DNA of 64,000 nucleotides from Styela clava (Eukaryota): NCBI RefSeq assembly GCF_964204865.1, contig NC_135251.1, positions 14,632,001 to 14,696,000 of the forward strand, read 5' to 3'. Shown piece by piece: positions 24,393 to 38,664 of this stretch (position 1 is its first letter; each line of letters starts with the position of its first letter). The notes under the pieces were generated by a model. It saw only the letters and a program-made list of their open reading frames with translations, ran no database searches and was not told where the DNA came from. The position numbers and the translations under genes were made by a program.

Positions 24393-25366
24393 TAGTTAAT
24401 AGTTTGTAGTTAATTGAGCGAGATTTTACAAAACCTTCTAAGAATTCACACCTTTATCCTTGTCAAAATTAGCCTATCTGCGTGAATTTATGATGATCAT
24501 CGATTCAAAACAGGATCGATAGTGCAATCTATATATTTTTTCGGTTAATTACTAATCAGCGAATAATAATTTTCCGGTGGCGGCGAACACATGGCTTTAG
24601 TAAATAATATTTGATTCAAGACATCTTATATATCAGTCGTTCAGTGACGTAAACTTTATTTAAGGTATGTACGGCTATGTTCCATGCACTCCGTTTTCTG
24701 TCGTCATAACAAGCAAATAAGGCATATCGATCTATACGAAATTTTAAATTAGTTTTAAATCTTGTGTCAGTTTTATCTTTTAGCGATGCTCCATTTCGAT
24801 GAGAATATTGCAACTTGGTGTTCCGATATGCCTTTTGCTTGTAAATCAGTTATATCGCTGAAGTAGCGTTTTTACCTTATGATTTGCGAAATTCGCACGA
24901 TGAATAACGAAGTTGTGATGCTCATTTGCATCATCAATTTGGTATCAATAAAAGAATGAATAGTTAAGTTTTGCTGGCATCAGTACAAATCGCTTTCGTT
25001 ATACTGGTGATTCAAATATGTTGTGTCATGGGTCACAAAGACAGTATTCTGATACATTACTCTATACAGAGACAACTCCAAATATGTTTAGCGAAGAACA
25101 ATGAAAGGCAGGGAAGCATTTATTTACACGAGAAATGTGAAAATTAATATAACATTAATGGAAATTGCCATCGTGGCGAATAAAATATTCTAGGATAAAT
25201 GAGAGCAAATTTAAAATAATTTGATGGTCGCGTGAACACATGGCCAAATATTCGACGACGTGATTTAATATCCAAAATTTAAGTCGTTACGGTGAATTTT
25301 AAATTTAACTTGCATACAAATTTACAAATACTTGTTTATGGAACACAAGATACACGGTTTCAGTTT

Positions 25367-25407
<41 letters not shown>

Positions 25408-26240
25408 TGATTATAATCATTCAGTGGCGTCTTTTACTGAGCAGTAAGAAAAGCGTGGTGTTATATGGAAATTTTGAGACTAGTGTAGTCAGTGCAACGC
25501 ATCGGCTACATCGTTTATTTGAAATTAGAAAGATAGAAAATTTATTTACTCTGGATTTTCTTATTATAGGAAATGAACAATGATTGAAACACTTTGGGTA
25601 GGAATTAAACTTCCGCGCAGCAGGCTGTTATTACAGTAGAAAAATATTAATGAATAGAAAATTTGAAAAAGGAATTGTTTTAGGCAGTAACAGCTGTATA
25701 TCGTTTGCTGGTTGCTTTTTTGTGGTTCAAATGCACACCTGATACCTATGCTCTACGTGCATCTTCGGCGAAATAATTTTGTACCAATACAAGCAGGCCG
25801 ACTAATGCATGACGAGAGAATATCGATGTCACATGTGTTAGAACATGGATGTTTTCACGTTCCAGTGTTAGATCTATCCATGTCCCCCACCTGGCCGATA
25901 TTCCATTGTAAGATAAACAATTCCGGAAGTGATAACTTGAGCGGCTCAACTTACTCATCGCCCTCTTCTTAAGTCCGACCAAAGCATATGACGTCATGTA
26001 CATCGAAAGTATTGAAAACGAAGCACTCATTGAAGTGTTGCTGAACTCTCGATATCAGGTTAATCAGAACACCAATAACAACACCGCTAAAGTATCGGGA
26101 TTTCAAACTTATAACTAAAAAATTACTGTGTTTTGATCATATTTAGACATTTCTATTTGTAGCATATTCGAGTTATTGCCAGTATGTATTATTAAGGATT
26201 TAATTCAGTATATATTCTGTCACTTTTTATAAAAAACAAA

Positions 26241-29200
26241 ATGTCAAGTAAAATCCAAGCTACTGTAGACAGCGGTATCATCATAAAAGAAGGATTCATG
26301 GTGAAGCGGGTAAGATCATTGGTAACATTCCATATTATACGAGATTAATCAAAAATGGACCTTGGTGCAAATAAAAATAAATATACAAAACAGCTCTAAT
26401 GCGTCTGTTAATGAAGAAACAATTCTTGAAATTTTAGTTGATTCTGGTATGTAAAAAATTTCGTAAAAGATGAAAATTTAAACCATATGGCCGCTGAATG
26501 CCATCATTTCCCATATAATGTTCAATGGAAGTGAAACCAACAATCAACTCTGTTAATAAGTTAATATATTTTCTTGTCAGGGTCACGTTCGACATAATTG
26601 GAAAACTAGATGGTTCAAGTTATCGGACACATCATTGAGGTATTACAAGAGTAAAAAGGATAAAGTTCCACATGGAAGAATTGCTTTGCGAAATGCAAAA
26701 CTTTCAATATATCAGAGTGACAATAAAAGCGACAGCAATCGTGAGGTAAACCAACAGCCATATATTGGAAATACCGTGTTTTCTGTTATTGCCTCACCAT
26801 TAATATTATGATCTGTTTTCTTTAATTCTGTTCATTTTGAATTAGTCTAGAATAAGTTAAGTTTGTTCATTGTCCCACATCTCTATCTTAACCCGAAATA
26901 GACTGAATCCAAGTATAAGGCAGATCAGAATTGAGTGTAAAATTGACGGTGGGGAACTGATAGGATAGTATCGAAATTATAATTGAGATTTATATGTTAT
27001 TTTGCTAATTTGGCGTGTATGTATAAATTTTACGAAGAATTTTGTTTGAAGAATATATTATACTGAGTTATTGTAACTATGTACTCGCACCAAATATCGT
27101 AGATACGCAGTTGATCTGTCGCGCGAAGGGTAAAGAATTTTGTCTCCTAAATGAAAAATGCAAAACACTTTCCATATACTCATATCTTGGAAAAGGGCAT
27201 CACAACTCATACCAACTTCTGGTGTTCAATTGATAAATACGTTGGAAAGCTGATTTTACGACAATAATTGTTTTTTTTTAAAAACGTTTCAAGAATGTCG
27301 TAGCGAAAAGTATATGGCTCAGATAAAAATATTGGAAATTTGATAACATAGTTTCAGAAATGATTTTTCTCCGTTTTGCTCATATGTACAAGAATAACAT
27401 CCCAAAATGCACGTGAAACAAAATTAAATTATGGTATATATATGACATAACATGTTGTAAATAGAATTGATCTATTTGTAGCTTGGATACATGAAATACA
27501 GTTAAATTGCATAATAGATATGTAAGATAGTCAGTAATACATAAACAATTGTAGGTATATATGCGGCTATGATCGTCACATAATAGCACAATATTATAAA
27601 TTATCTTTCAATTTAAATACTAGATAAAAGAAAGTACATGCGTGGTCAGTATGTGCTTGTTCAAAGCTTCTTAAACAGGTGTCACGCCATAAAATTATTT
27701 ATTTTATTGCGTTCATATTTGTTGCGATATTGCTACAAATTCATGCAACTCCGTTTTTCCATTCCCATAGTTTGTCATGCAAATACAAACAAGCGATGGA
27801 ATTGAATATCCGATCCAAGCTCCATCGAACTCCGAAATGAGAGCATGGATGGAAAGTATAGGTGACGTAATTGAACACATGCAATTAGAAAGTGAAGTAA
27901 GTATAGCAGTGAAGGCTGCTTTTGACAAATATGCAATTTGTGCCTCAATCTATATAACTATACCCAAGTCTAATTTTATATGTCAGAGTCGATAACATTA
28001 AAATATCATTAATTTTATATGTTACGCCTATACACAAGAATATATGTTTTTTGGTTACTGGTGATAAACAAGACGGTGATTCTGATTGCATGTTGCTTGC
28101 TGTTTTATATGTACATATTATCATACTTCAAAAACGTTATTAAGTAATTTGATTGAAATAATTTGAGTTAATGCAATGAACACTCTGGAAGCATTTTTTA
28201 CAACCTGATTACGTCATCGGACGTGCTACCATCACATCAGAAAATAAGTTTAAAATTGAGTTGTTGAAAAAATATCCCATTAGTATTATAGGATAGCTCA
28301 TTCCTAATTCCAAGTCTTTCAAAAAAAAAAAACGCAACTCACACTATAGTGTACATTTTTTGTGTGCTGACTCGTATATTTTCATTTCTGCAGTCAAAAT
28401 ATTTATCAAGTTCTTACGGCCATGAGAATAATTCCAGAGAACTGTCCACTTCTGAAATATTGGGAAGTTATGTCGATGCATACGGAGGAATCAAACGAGA
28501 AACAAGGACAATAAAGGGAGTTAAACGTTCAGATGGATTTTCAGGTAAGAAAAGTTGTACATTTGAAAATATTGGTCATTGGATCGTGAGTGTAATTCAG
28601 CCAAACGAGCCTCTCAACATTGTTCACTTGCAAAATTGTAAAAATGCAAAACTAAGTTAGTAAGTTTACGATATCGAAAATCCACAAGCACAGCAAACTT
28701 GATCACTATATATCGTGTGTCCACATCAGTAACCGTTTTCCAACCTATAAATTTTAGGACTTGGACTCAGAGTATGGATGGAACATACAATGGGATTACT
28801 GGATTCCGAAGCTGAAATAACTGTTTCAGGTTTACAAAGAGTTGGATTGCTGGAACTGCTAGACGGGGATACAGGAACTGACCCATTTGCGGAATCGAAA
28901 TATTATATTCTGGTATGATCTTCATTTTCAAAATTTTGTCTTTTTCATACAATCTATATTATGCAATACGATGTTTATTCATCCTTAGCTCAGTGATGAG
29001 GACTCACTAAAAGTCATGGCCGGGGCAAATAAATCCGCTTCTGAAACATCTGAATCAGACAGAAAAAGTCAAGCAGAAGACGTTTTTCTTCCACCTGAAA
29101 TTCCCAGTGATGCTCTCTCCCCAACCGCCATTTTACCAGCAGACATGCCTCCGGGAGAAATAGTGAAACGAGGAGTTTTGTTTAAAAAGGTAATATAACT

Positions 29201-30811
29201 TAAAATAGCGTTGTATGAAATAAAACGTGCTGTTTCAAATCAGTTCAATTCATAATAACTGTTTTTCTTTGTCAACATTCGGTGCAACAATATAATTTAA
29301 TACAATTTCTGTATTATTTTTTTTGAATATACGATTTTTCTAACAAAACCAAATTTGAAATTGTCAACATTCAAATTTTTCATTTCAAAAACTACACATA
29401 TGAAAAAAACATATGATAATAATCTGTAATATTTTCGTTACTTAAAAATTTTTAACACAAAATATTACAAATTTTCACACGCATCCATAAAAGGAAATAC
29501 TTGCTGAAGTTTCATTTCTGAAAAAATTGGGACGAATGGTGTTGGTATGTATCTACGAGACACACGATATGATAAATAAAAATATTTATACCCGTATGTA
29601 TGTTATTAATTATTAATATTGCTTAATTTTTGCGCCTTCCACATTTTAATCAAGGAAGTAATAGTATAACCATACGGTGCTGTTTTCCGTCTTTGGATTA
29701 TGCAAGAGTCGTATTCTGCATGGTATCGATGACCGAATAAGGAGCATGTAATACAAATGGATATATTCATTGCCAGTTACGTTTGTCTATTGGCACGGAA
29801 TTTCCCATGTGACAATTTATTATTGAGTCAATCGCGTTTATTTATGTCTGTGTATCTAACCTAAATGCATAATATGCTGTCGATTTCATATTTGTTTTCT
29901 TTTTATTTACCTTTCACATCGTGGTAATTGGGTGCACGTTATATTAAAGTGTAAACAATTTAATATGTACGTGCAATGAATTTTTTCACTACGTCGATAT
30001 CATAAAATTAACATTGACCTAGAGAATCACTTTTGTTTTTCACGCTAACCTTCTTGGTTTATGGCGAAAATAGAATATAACTTAGATTTGGTAATGCGTT
30101 TCGAACCATTAAGTACGTAAGAAGCAAAGCTAGGATATATTACTATGACAAATCATGAAACCAAATAACGCATTCCTTAGTCGAACTCAAGTCCGGAAGT
30201 AACGCGGTGTGATTCAAGCGCAGGTGATGCTGTAGGAAAACCACCAGTGTAGCAGAGAAAAACCCTGTTGGACCTTTACATTGACGGTAATATGAGTGTG
30301 ATTGCATCACTCATTTGTAATAGTATTCTTTACATGTTTCATAACAGGGACACGTTGTTCCAAATTGGAAAGCACGATGTTTCGTTCTGCAGAGGTTTCC
30401 TGCAACATTATCATACTTCGATCCATCTAAGAAGAATCCCAAAGTATTGAATAGTCTATCGCTTCATGGTGCTTCGGTTTTTACAGTAGGGAAAATGGCG
30501 GCTCAAGCAGGTAACAGTGTTCTCATATTATCTCGGTTTATGTGCAAATCTTACCCTTTACAAAATGTTGAATTAATTGAAAAGTTACCTTTATATATTG
30601 CATTATGTTTAATCCGTGTACAGCTCTTCGGATGAGACATCCACCCGATCATCTTTTTTGTGTGAAGATAGCAGTTGGAACACTTTATATCATCATGGCT
30701 TCTTCGGACGACGAAAGAGATGAATGGATAAGAGCAATAAAACCGATGTGTCGAAAAATCAATAGTCGAGGCAACACAATGTCCTCCTCGACCAGTTCTC
30801 AGTCCGGTTGA
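26241..30811 (+). CDS. PLEK2: Pleckstrin family protein (PH-DEP-PH), pleckstrin-2-like
   Basis: Exons 26241-26309, 26581-26745, 27771-27896, 28394-28544, 28758-28912, 28989-29189, 30348-30510, 30624-30811. PH1 KEGFMVKRGHVRHNWKTRWF...EMRAWME; DEP-like FSGLGLRVWM...GLLELL...YYIL; PH2 VKRGVLFKKGHVVPNWKARCFVLQRFPATLSYFDPS...ERDEWIRAI. Confidence 0.88.
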
Positions 30812-31952
30812 TGTGAAAAATTTATTTGCCCTTAGCAGTAGTTCGTTGTGTATCCTGCAGCGAATATGACTTATATATATTATTTATTTGAAAGAAAGCG
30901 GGTGCGAATGGACCCTCTCTTGGAAAACTGCAATAATTATCAAAAGCTTCTATTGAGGATAAAGCAAACGAAACATTCAATTTGCATATCAAAAAATTAA
31001 TTGTAATAAATTTCTCAATGTAACAAAATTTTCAAATAATGTATTTATTATATATATATTACATCCTCAATCAAGACAAAACATCGATTTTTTCCAAAAT
31101 TATTATTAATTTTGTTCGTATCTTGGCTGATATTTTGAACGTATAAAATTGGTGTTTCCGTTTTGTGAATTGCGCATCAGAACAATCATAGGAAATAGAT
31201 ATACAATATAGAGTCTCATACAATATTGAGCATATTGTTATTCTGTTGACTTACAAACATTCTGTCGGCCTGGAAATATAAACAATTGCAGAAATTTGGA
31301 TATCCTGATGACCAGTATGTCAGTACGCGGATTCCAACTTTTTTCGATACGCTCCTCCTTTTGCCTATTTTGGATCATTTTACTATCTTTCTCTGTCTCG
31401 GACTTTTCTATTTCGCGATTTGTTCGCATATCTCAAGGATCATGAGCTAGTACTACGAACAACTCCCTGCCTGGCTTTTGCACGATTTGAATACTCGATA
31501 ATGTGTGCATAAATATGATTACAAAATACTTGGACAATACTAAGATAGGATAGGATTTTCAATCAGTTATTAGTAAAAATACATCAAATAGAAAATATCA
31601 TGTCTCCATTTCCTCCCCCAAAACAACAAAATTCCCCTTGCGAAACGCTGGTTTGAAGAATGAACTCGATCAGGTTCTGTGTATATTCATATATGCTTCC
31701 GACACTCGATAAGCAACGAGATTGGTGGACTTCCATATGACACAGAAAGTCGATGACGTACATTGGAAAACCACAATCATGTATCCTGTTTCCATTATGC
31801 AAGGTATGGTTAAAAAATTAACTATCCGTCCTAGATACCTAAACGTAATCGCGAAGTAAACTGTAATCCACAAGAGGCCAAAAAACTAGAAAAAAAAAAC
31901 AGTCTCTTCCACCAATTGTTACATTAACTCGTTACAGCTTCTTACTAAATAT

Positions 31953-32087
31953 CTAGGCCGCGAGACGAGGCCGTTTATCTTTCAGTTTCGTAGCGCACAA
32001 AAGGGACTACCTGAAAATAATTTTAAAATGTTCCTTAGAAATTTAGTAACAAATAATACTTTGTTCCCATTTCCAAAAGTTGCACGT
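31953..32087 (+). mobile_element. Truncated end of the Academ-like element
   Basis: TAGGCCGCGAGACGAGGCCGTTTATC...GTTTCGTAGCGCACAAAAGGGAC matches the ends at 44341 and 47155. Confidence 0.8.
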
Positions 32088-33672
32088 TTTTTTTTGATGA
32101 CGTAACAATTAAAATGTGATCAGCTGTTGGCAGTTGGATGAATCTCAGTTTGTACTGCCCGCTCTCGCGTTGAATTAATAACTACTTTGCTAACGTTGTA
32201 TTTGAAATTTTCTTGCGGAAGTTGTCACAACTGTCAAACGAATAAATTCTAATAACTACGCAGGAAGTCGATGCCGACAATGGGCTATTGAATGTGATTT
32301 ACTGCACGAATTCCACTTGCACTGCCGGTTCAGCTTTTGGCGCCTCTGCCATATATATATGTTACTCACCATTGTGTCTATAAAAGGTACCAAAAACAAA
32401 ACGTCAAAACATCATAAAATATTACGGAAGCTTGTCACAACTGTCAAACGAATAAATTCTAATAACTACGCAGGAAGTCGATGCCGACAATGGGCTATTG
32501 AATGTGATTTACTGCACGAATCCAACTTCCAATGCCGGCTTCAGCTTCCGACGCCCCTGCTTTATGTTACTTATTATTGTGTCTACGGAAAGCGCTAAAA
32601 AACAAAATGTAAAAATATTAAAACCCCTCTCTCTGAACAATAAAGATATCGCAACATAGTCACGAGTATATCCAGGTTTTTCAGTTCAACAGAGAAACTT
32701 TTACATCGAAATGATCCACACGCATAGATTGGAACAGTTAATGTTTTGAGGAAATGACATAAAAGAAAAAGTTTATTCAGGCTTACCATCTCGTATATAT
32801 ATATATATATGAAACAAAAACCGGTTCAGTGCGTTCGTAGGCTTAGTGATACTGGTACATGACTGGAAACGTGCACTTTCTTTTCGACATTTTGAATAAC
32901 CTAACGATAGTAAAGCTAACGCGAGATGTTAAAATGATGTATCAAATATACAACAATTATGACAAAACAATATAGTAGTCCCTCTGCCTCTCTTGTGGAA
33001 CTAGTGGAGATAAATTGAATGGTTCCATTGCCATAAAAATATTTGTATTGATAGTTAACAAAAGAAAACATTTATGACTGCCATACTGTATATTATATAT
33101 TAATGGGACATTTAAGTCTACCGGGTGGGACGACCGGGCAGCTTGTTGAAATCGAGACTTTCCCAGCTAAATCGGGACGTATGATCAACCTCTTCGGGGG
33201 TAATAGATGTTCAACGAAACATTATGCGGAGCACAGATTAAATTATTGCGCAGTCGGGTTAGAGTTGTAATCTGGAATATAAATCGAAAATATCAGTTCC
33301 GACCATTCCCAATCTTGAAAGATTATTCATTGGAAGTAGCCCAACAGTCAAACTGTCTGAAATAACTGCGATATTTAAAAATTAATTGTCGTATCTAGTT
33401 AAATTGCACGTAACTCAGAATTCTGAATTATATTACTCTATACCTTTGAGCCGAATTGGTTATTTTTGATGCGGAATTACTTCCTTTTAGTAGCTTGTCA
33501 AATAGTACTGGTAGAATTTAGTTTCGATGTATATTTCTATGATAGTAGGTATAGATTTATTAAAACTTTGGTAATTCCTTTGTATTGATCACTTGGCATA
33601 ACACTTTTTGAATATTACCAGATTTTTTTTTCTATTTCATTGAGATTGTAGTTAATACAAAAGCTGCAGAAA

Positions 33673-35290
33673 ATGAGGATTACACCTGTTGTGCTTCTTT
33701 ATTGCTGCATAATAGCAAGTAAGTTGTATGTCATATTATCTATTGCATTTCAGTTGGAACAAATCAAACTTTTTTAATTGTTGTTTTGTTACTTTTCTAT
33801 GGAATGCAATATGAATAAAACATTTCAGATGCTCTACAGTTTGAAGAATTTGACTACAAGAAAGATTTTGATGAAAATCTCGAGAAAGAATATCTTCGAA
33901 ATTTTCTGGATGAAAAAAATATTGAAGCGGAGATTGACACCGATTTTGAAGACGACGCAGACTTTGAACCAGACTTTTCTGAAGCCATATTCGAGGATGA
34001 TTTTGAGCATGATTATGAAAAAAAACTGACGGTTTGTACAACATAATATATAGCCTCAAAGACAGCACCCCCAATTCATGACTATATTTTCCGAAAATAC
34101 CAATTTGTGAAATTTTCTGTTGCATGGAAGTGCTCCAAATTCTATGCACAATTTCACGAAGTTATGCGATTATTTGTTTGTTAGCCCTACTAAGCGGAAA
34201 AGCATAGAGTACATTCTGAAGTTTTCCTTTATTTCAAGCTTCGATTTTTAAAATATTAAGAAATATAATATATCTTAAATTAAAATTGTACTTTTTAATC
34301 ACATTGGTCACACGTTTTTTTTAGAAACGGAATCTTGCTTTTTGTAAAAAGTTCAAGTTATGTGAGAAAGACGGAAATGGGTTCAAAATTGGATGTGCTG
34401 GGTTTAAGAATAATTATAAGCACAGAAAAAATTCATTCCGTGGTGTCTGGAGTAAGTTTAAGTACAAATTTCAAATAAACATTGTCTGCAGGTTATTGAA
34501 AATTATTAAAATTAGCGAGATCCAATTTTCGCTTGCAACCATTTTAAACGATGAAAAGTGAGAAGTGTGCTTTAGATATATCGTTGAACAGTACAGTTAT
34601 ATCCAAATGATATAATTAGGTCTACTGGACGAGCCAAATTGCGAACGGTCAGATTGAATACTATTATAGTAACACAAGTTCAATAAACGGCAACAGTTCA
34701 GCCCAATAACATTGTCTGTATATCCTCTATGTGTTTGTACTTTGTAAGTCCATAACCGGAAAGATTCCCTTTCTTTCATAAATAGCATACAGCTATAATC
34801 AGTTTCTCGCTGCCTAGATTGCAATGAATGTGCTAAACGCCTCATAATAAATTAAATTATATTGAAACAACTATAAATATTCTAGATTGTTGAAAATTGA
34901 GTTTTCCACTTTTCCGTCACTTTTTGAAATATTTTGAAAAATTAAAGTTAATCCATTTCAAGGCTTTTTTTATCAGCTTAATCGCAAATTCCAATATTTC
35001 GCATTGCTTCTCATCCGTTTTTTTTTTCTTACTTGTTTTATTCAAAGTGCCAATAACCTTTCTACGTCCTGGTAACGAGAAAAATCTGAAAATCAAAACC
35101 AATACTTGATATTTATAGATGTTATTTATCGGTGAAAAATTATTGTTGACGCGGTGGTCACTGATGTATACCAGAAGTATAAAATTTACAACTTTTTTGT
35201 ACAGAGAGAAGAGCTGGAAGGTGGTGCGTCAATTGCCAAGAGATGTGCAAAGGGGTTACAAGGGGTCCTCATTTACTTCTTGATTACTGA
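33673..35290 (+). CDS. Secreted prepropeptide, 153 aa: signal peptide, acidic propiece, KR site, cationic six-cysteine mature peptide (putative antimicrobial peptide or toxin)
   Basis: Exons 33673-33718 (MRITPVVLLYCCIIA, GTAAGT donor), 33829-34031 (D/E-rich), 34325-34451 (KRNLAFCKKFKLC...GVW, GTAAGT donor), 35205-35290 (KRRAGRWCVNCQEMCKG...DY*). All phases are compatible; ATTAAA directly after the stop. Confidence 0.8.
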
Positions 35291-37523
35291 TTAAAACAAA
35301 TTTGCTTACGAAATTCAATGTTCAATGTTTGTAACTGGAAGAGAAAGATAATATAAAAACAGATTTAAACTTGATGTTTTTTTTTTTAATTTTCATTTCC
35401 AGCCAAAAACTGATCAGTGAAATTGTGTGCTTGAATAGAATAAAAAAAATTCTCCAATATTAGATAAAAACTCATGCTGAATTAATTTACCAGCAACGTG
35501 CAACCGAGATTCTGGTCATCATGACATCATTCACAAAGAAGATATGTTCCAAAGCATTATTTGATTAACTAGAAGTATTATCACTACTCTTGCGTGTTTA
35601 AAAACTTTATAGAAAAAGTCGTTTTGACTATTTACCCCACCTTATACCTTTTTTTTAATTGAGTATCTTGTATATCGAGAAGTGGAACTATAATAAGTCA
35701 GTAATTAGACTTATTTTGTTTATGATTATTTACTCATTTTAAACTTCTGAAAAACGCGGTCATTTAATCTACAAAGTCATTGATGTTTATTCAATTGATA
35801 ATCCTATTTTTAGCAGTAAGCTGATATTCCTAAATTGTTGGAATCGGAAGAATAGATTGTAATGGCCCCCAAAAGTCATTCCCTTGAATTTAATCATCTT
35901 TTGAAGCTGTAGAAGAAGTAACAAATGCGATGGTATTCCAACACTCAAAATATTAACTCTTCTCAATCTATGAGTTTTCTGCTGAACTTTCGTTTTCTTC
36001 TGAACTCATAGGAAGTTTATGATTTAACATGTTAATATATAAACAAGAATAAATTTGTGATCATAGTAAGATTTGAAATGATTTTTATTGATTGATTATA
36101 TGTGCTTTAGGTGTGAGCTATATCGACGTACTCTGTGGTCTAACGGCAAAACCAGAATTGGTAGAATTTTTCTAAAGCAATGGTTGGCAAACATTGTGTA
36201 CTACCGGGCAAAATATACAATTTTCAGATAGCGTGCCAGCCAAATTCGTTTCCGCCACCAAACAATCGCTGCATTGAAGTTTAAATTATGGCGCGATCGC
36301 AACTCTGTGTTAAACGTCTGTCCCAATAAAACGTGTATGCGACAGTGTTTTATTTACTATTACAGACAAGACTTTGTACTTTCCTCAAATGTGAGGCGGA
36401 AATAATTGAAATCAGCTCCTTTGTTTTTGAGTTGCAATTTAAGTTTTGAGTAAATGGTTTCATTCGTTCGCGGGCTGCATTTTCAACAAAGTACTTTTCG
36501 TTCCGTACCCTCCGGTATCAATTTAAAAACGTGCTCGGAGTTTTTTATGTAGCGTCGTAAACAGACGTCACGCTTGACAAATTGAAACCGTGGTTCCATG
36601 AAAAATAAAAATGTAGCGAAATTTTGGATTAAATATCAGATCTCGTAAGATTCATAGAAAATTTAGGAACAAATTAAAGCGATAGCTCTCTAGCAAAAAA
36701 TACAATCTTTAGTCACTAAAAACTGCAAAGCAATTGATCCAGCAGTTAATGAGAAAAGTGATCTTTTTCACAACAATAAGAAGAATAAAGGAACTACTAG
36801 CAAGGAGATCAACAACAACAAAATAACACAACGATGCATAGGTCAATTCGTATCTAATAATAACAAGAGAGCGATTATCAAATATATACATGAGAACGAA
36901 ATGGTCTGGGTATGCAATCTGTCACAGTGGCCTTGCGGTACCGTATCGGATCTGCGCACGGCACCGCACAAAAAAAGAATTCAATCGAGGCTCCAAAAAT
37001 GTTTGAAAAATAAGAAATAATGATCTTTTAGCGAAATATACAATTATACAATCTTAAACCACTGAAAATTTCGAAAAAATTGGTCGGGTGCAAATATATA
37101 TACCTATATGCAAAGATATTGGAACCTCATTTCCAGAGTTATTCTACCATCTAATTTAACGCCTCATAATAAATTAACTTATATTAAAACAACTATAAAT
37201 ATTCTAGATTGTTGAAAATTGAGTTTTCAACTTTTCCGTCACTTTTTGAAATATTGAACAAATTAAAATTTAATCCAATCCCAGGCTCTTTTAATCAACT
37301 CAATCGCAAATGCTAATACTTCGTATTGCTTCTCATTCGTTTTTTTTTTACTTGTTTCATTCAAAGTTCCAATGACGTTTCTACGTCCCAACGACGAGAA
37401 ATATCTGAAAATCAAAACCAATGCGTGAAATTTATAGATGCTATCTATCGGTTGTTAATTATTGTCAACGCGTTGATCACTGATGTATACCAGAGGTTTA
37501 AAATTTACAACCTTTTTGTACAG

Positions 37524-37600
37524 AGAGAAGAGCTGGAAGGTGGTGCGTCAATTGTCAAGAGAAATACAAAGGGGTGAAAACCTTAAACAAAATAAATTAA
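37524..37600 (+). other. Duplicated terminal exon of the peptide gene (alternative or pseudo-exon)
   Basis: Intact TTTTTGTACAG acceptor; same phase; encodes (K)RRAGRWCVNCQEKYKGVKTLNKIN*. Confidence 0.7.
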
Positions 37601-38306
37601 TTACTGATTAAAACAAACTTGGTAACGAATTTACGTCAATGTTTGTAACCGGAAGAGAAAGATAAAATAAGAATAAATTTAGCATTTTTTTTTCAAGTTT
37701 TCATTTCCATCCTAAAACTGATCAGTGAAACTGTGTGCTCGAATAGAATAAATTCTTTCTACATTAAAAGAAAAATATTGCTAAAATAATTTACCAGCAA
37801 CGTGTAATCGAGATACTGCTTATTCACCAAGAATATATGTTTCAAAGCATTATTTAAATAACTAAAAGTATTTTCACTACTCTTGCGTGTTTGAAAACTT
37901 TAGAGAAGAGATTATTGACTATTTATCAGATCTTATTCCATTTTTTTAATTGCGTATATTGTATATCGACAGGTGGAACTTAAATTTTTGTTAATGATCG
38001 CCTACTCATATAAAACTTCTGAATAACGCATTCATTTAATCTACAAAGGCATTGATGTTTATTCAACTCCTCTTTTTAGCAGTAAGCTAATAGACTTAAA
38101 TTAAGGTAATTTAGAAGAACCGTTGTAATGGCTCCAAAAGTCATTCCATCCAATTTAATCATCTTTTGAAGCAGTAGAAGGAGTAGCAAATGCGATGGTA
38201 TTTCAATACTAAAAATATTAACTCTTCACAATCTATGAGTTTTCTGCTGAACTTTCGTTTTCTTCTGAACTTATAAAAAGTTTACGATTTAACATGTTAA
38301 TATATA

Positions 38307-38629
38307 AACGAGAATATCGGTTGGAAACCGAAGACTTATCGATCGATAGTTAGGGGATCCCCCAAAACAGAAACTGCAGTTTCGATTCATCCGCTCTTGT
38401 AACTTGCGCACTGCGCATCGCACACACACACTCGGCGGGTTTCAAAATTCTCTCACTTTACAAAAATCTAGATCACTATATCAATAATTGATTGATAACT
38501 CGCTAATTATACGACATGATTCGCCCAAAATCAATAGGCTTCTGGTCCGAGATAAGATGAATGCACATGCAAAATCTGGAGCAGATTCAATCTCGCTTTC
38601 GTGAGATATCGCGTGCATCTAACCGACAC

Positions 38630-38664
<35 letters not shown>

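Noticed and set aside
24616-26030. Short ORFs upstream of pleckstrin
   Set aside because: No domain similarity or consistent exon structure that I can support.
33736-34149. 137-aa minus-strand ORF and 83-aa plus-strand ORF
   Set aside because: Shadow frames of the acidic propeptide exon, which is in a different plus-strand frame.
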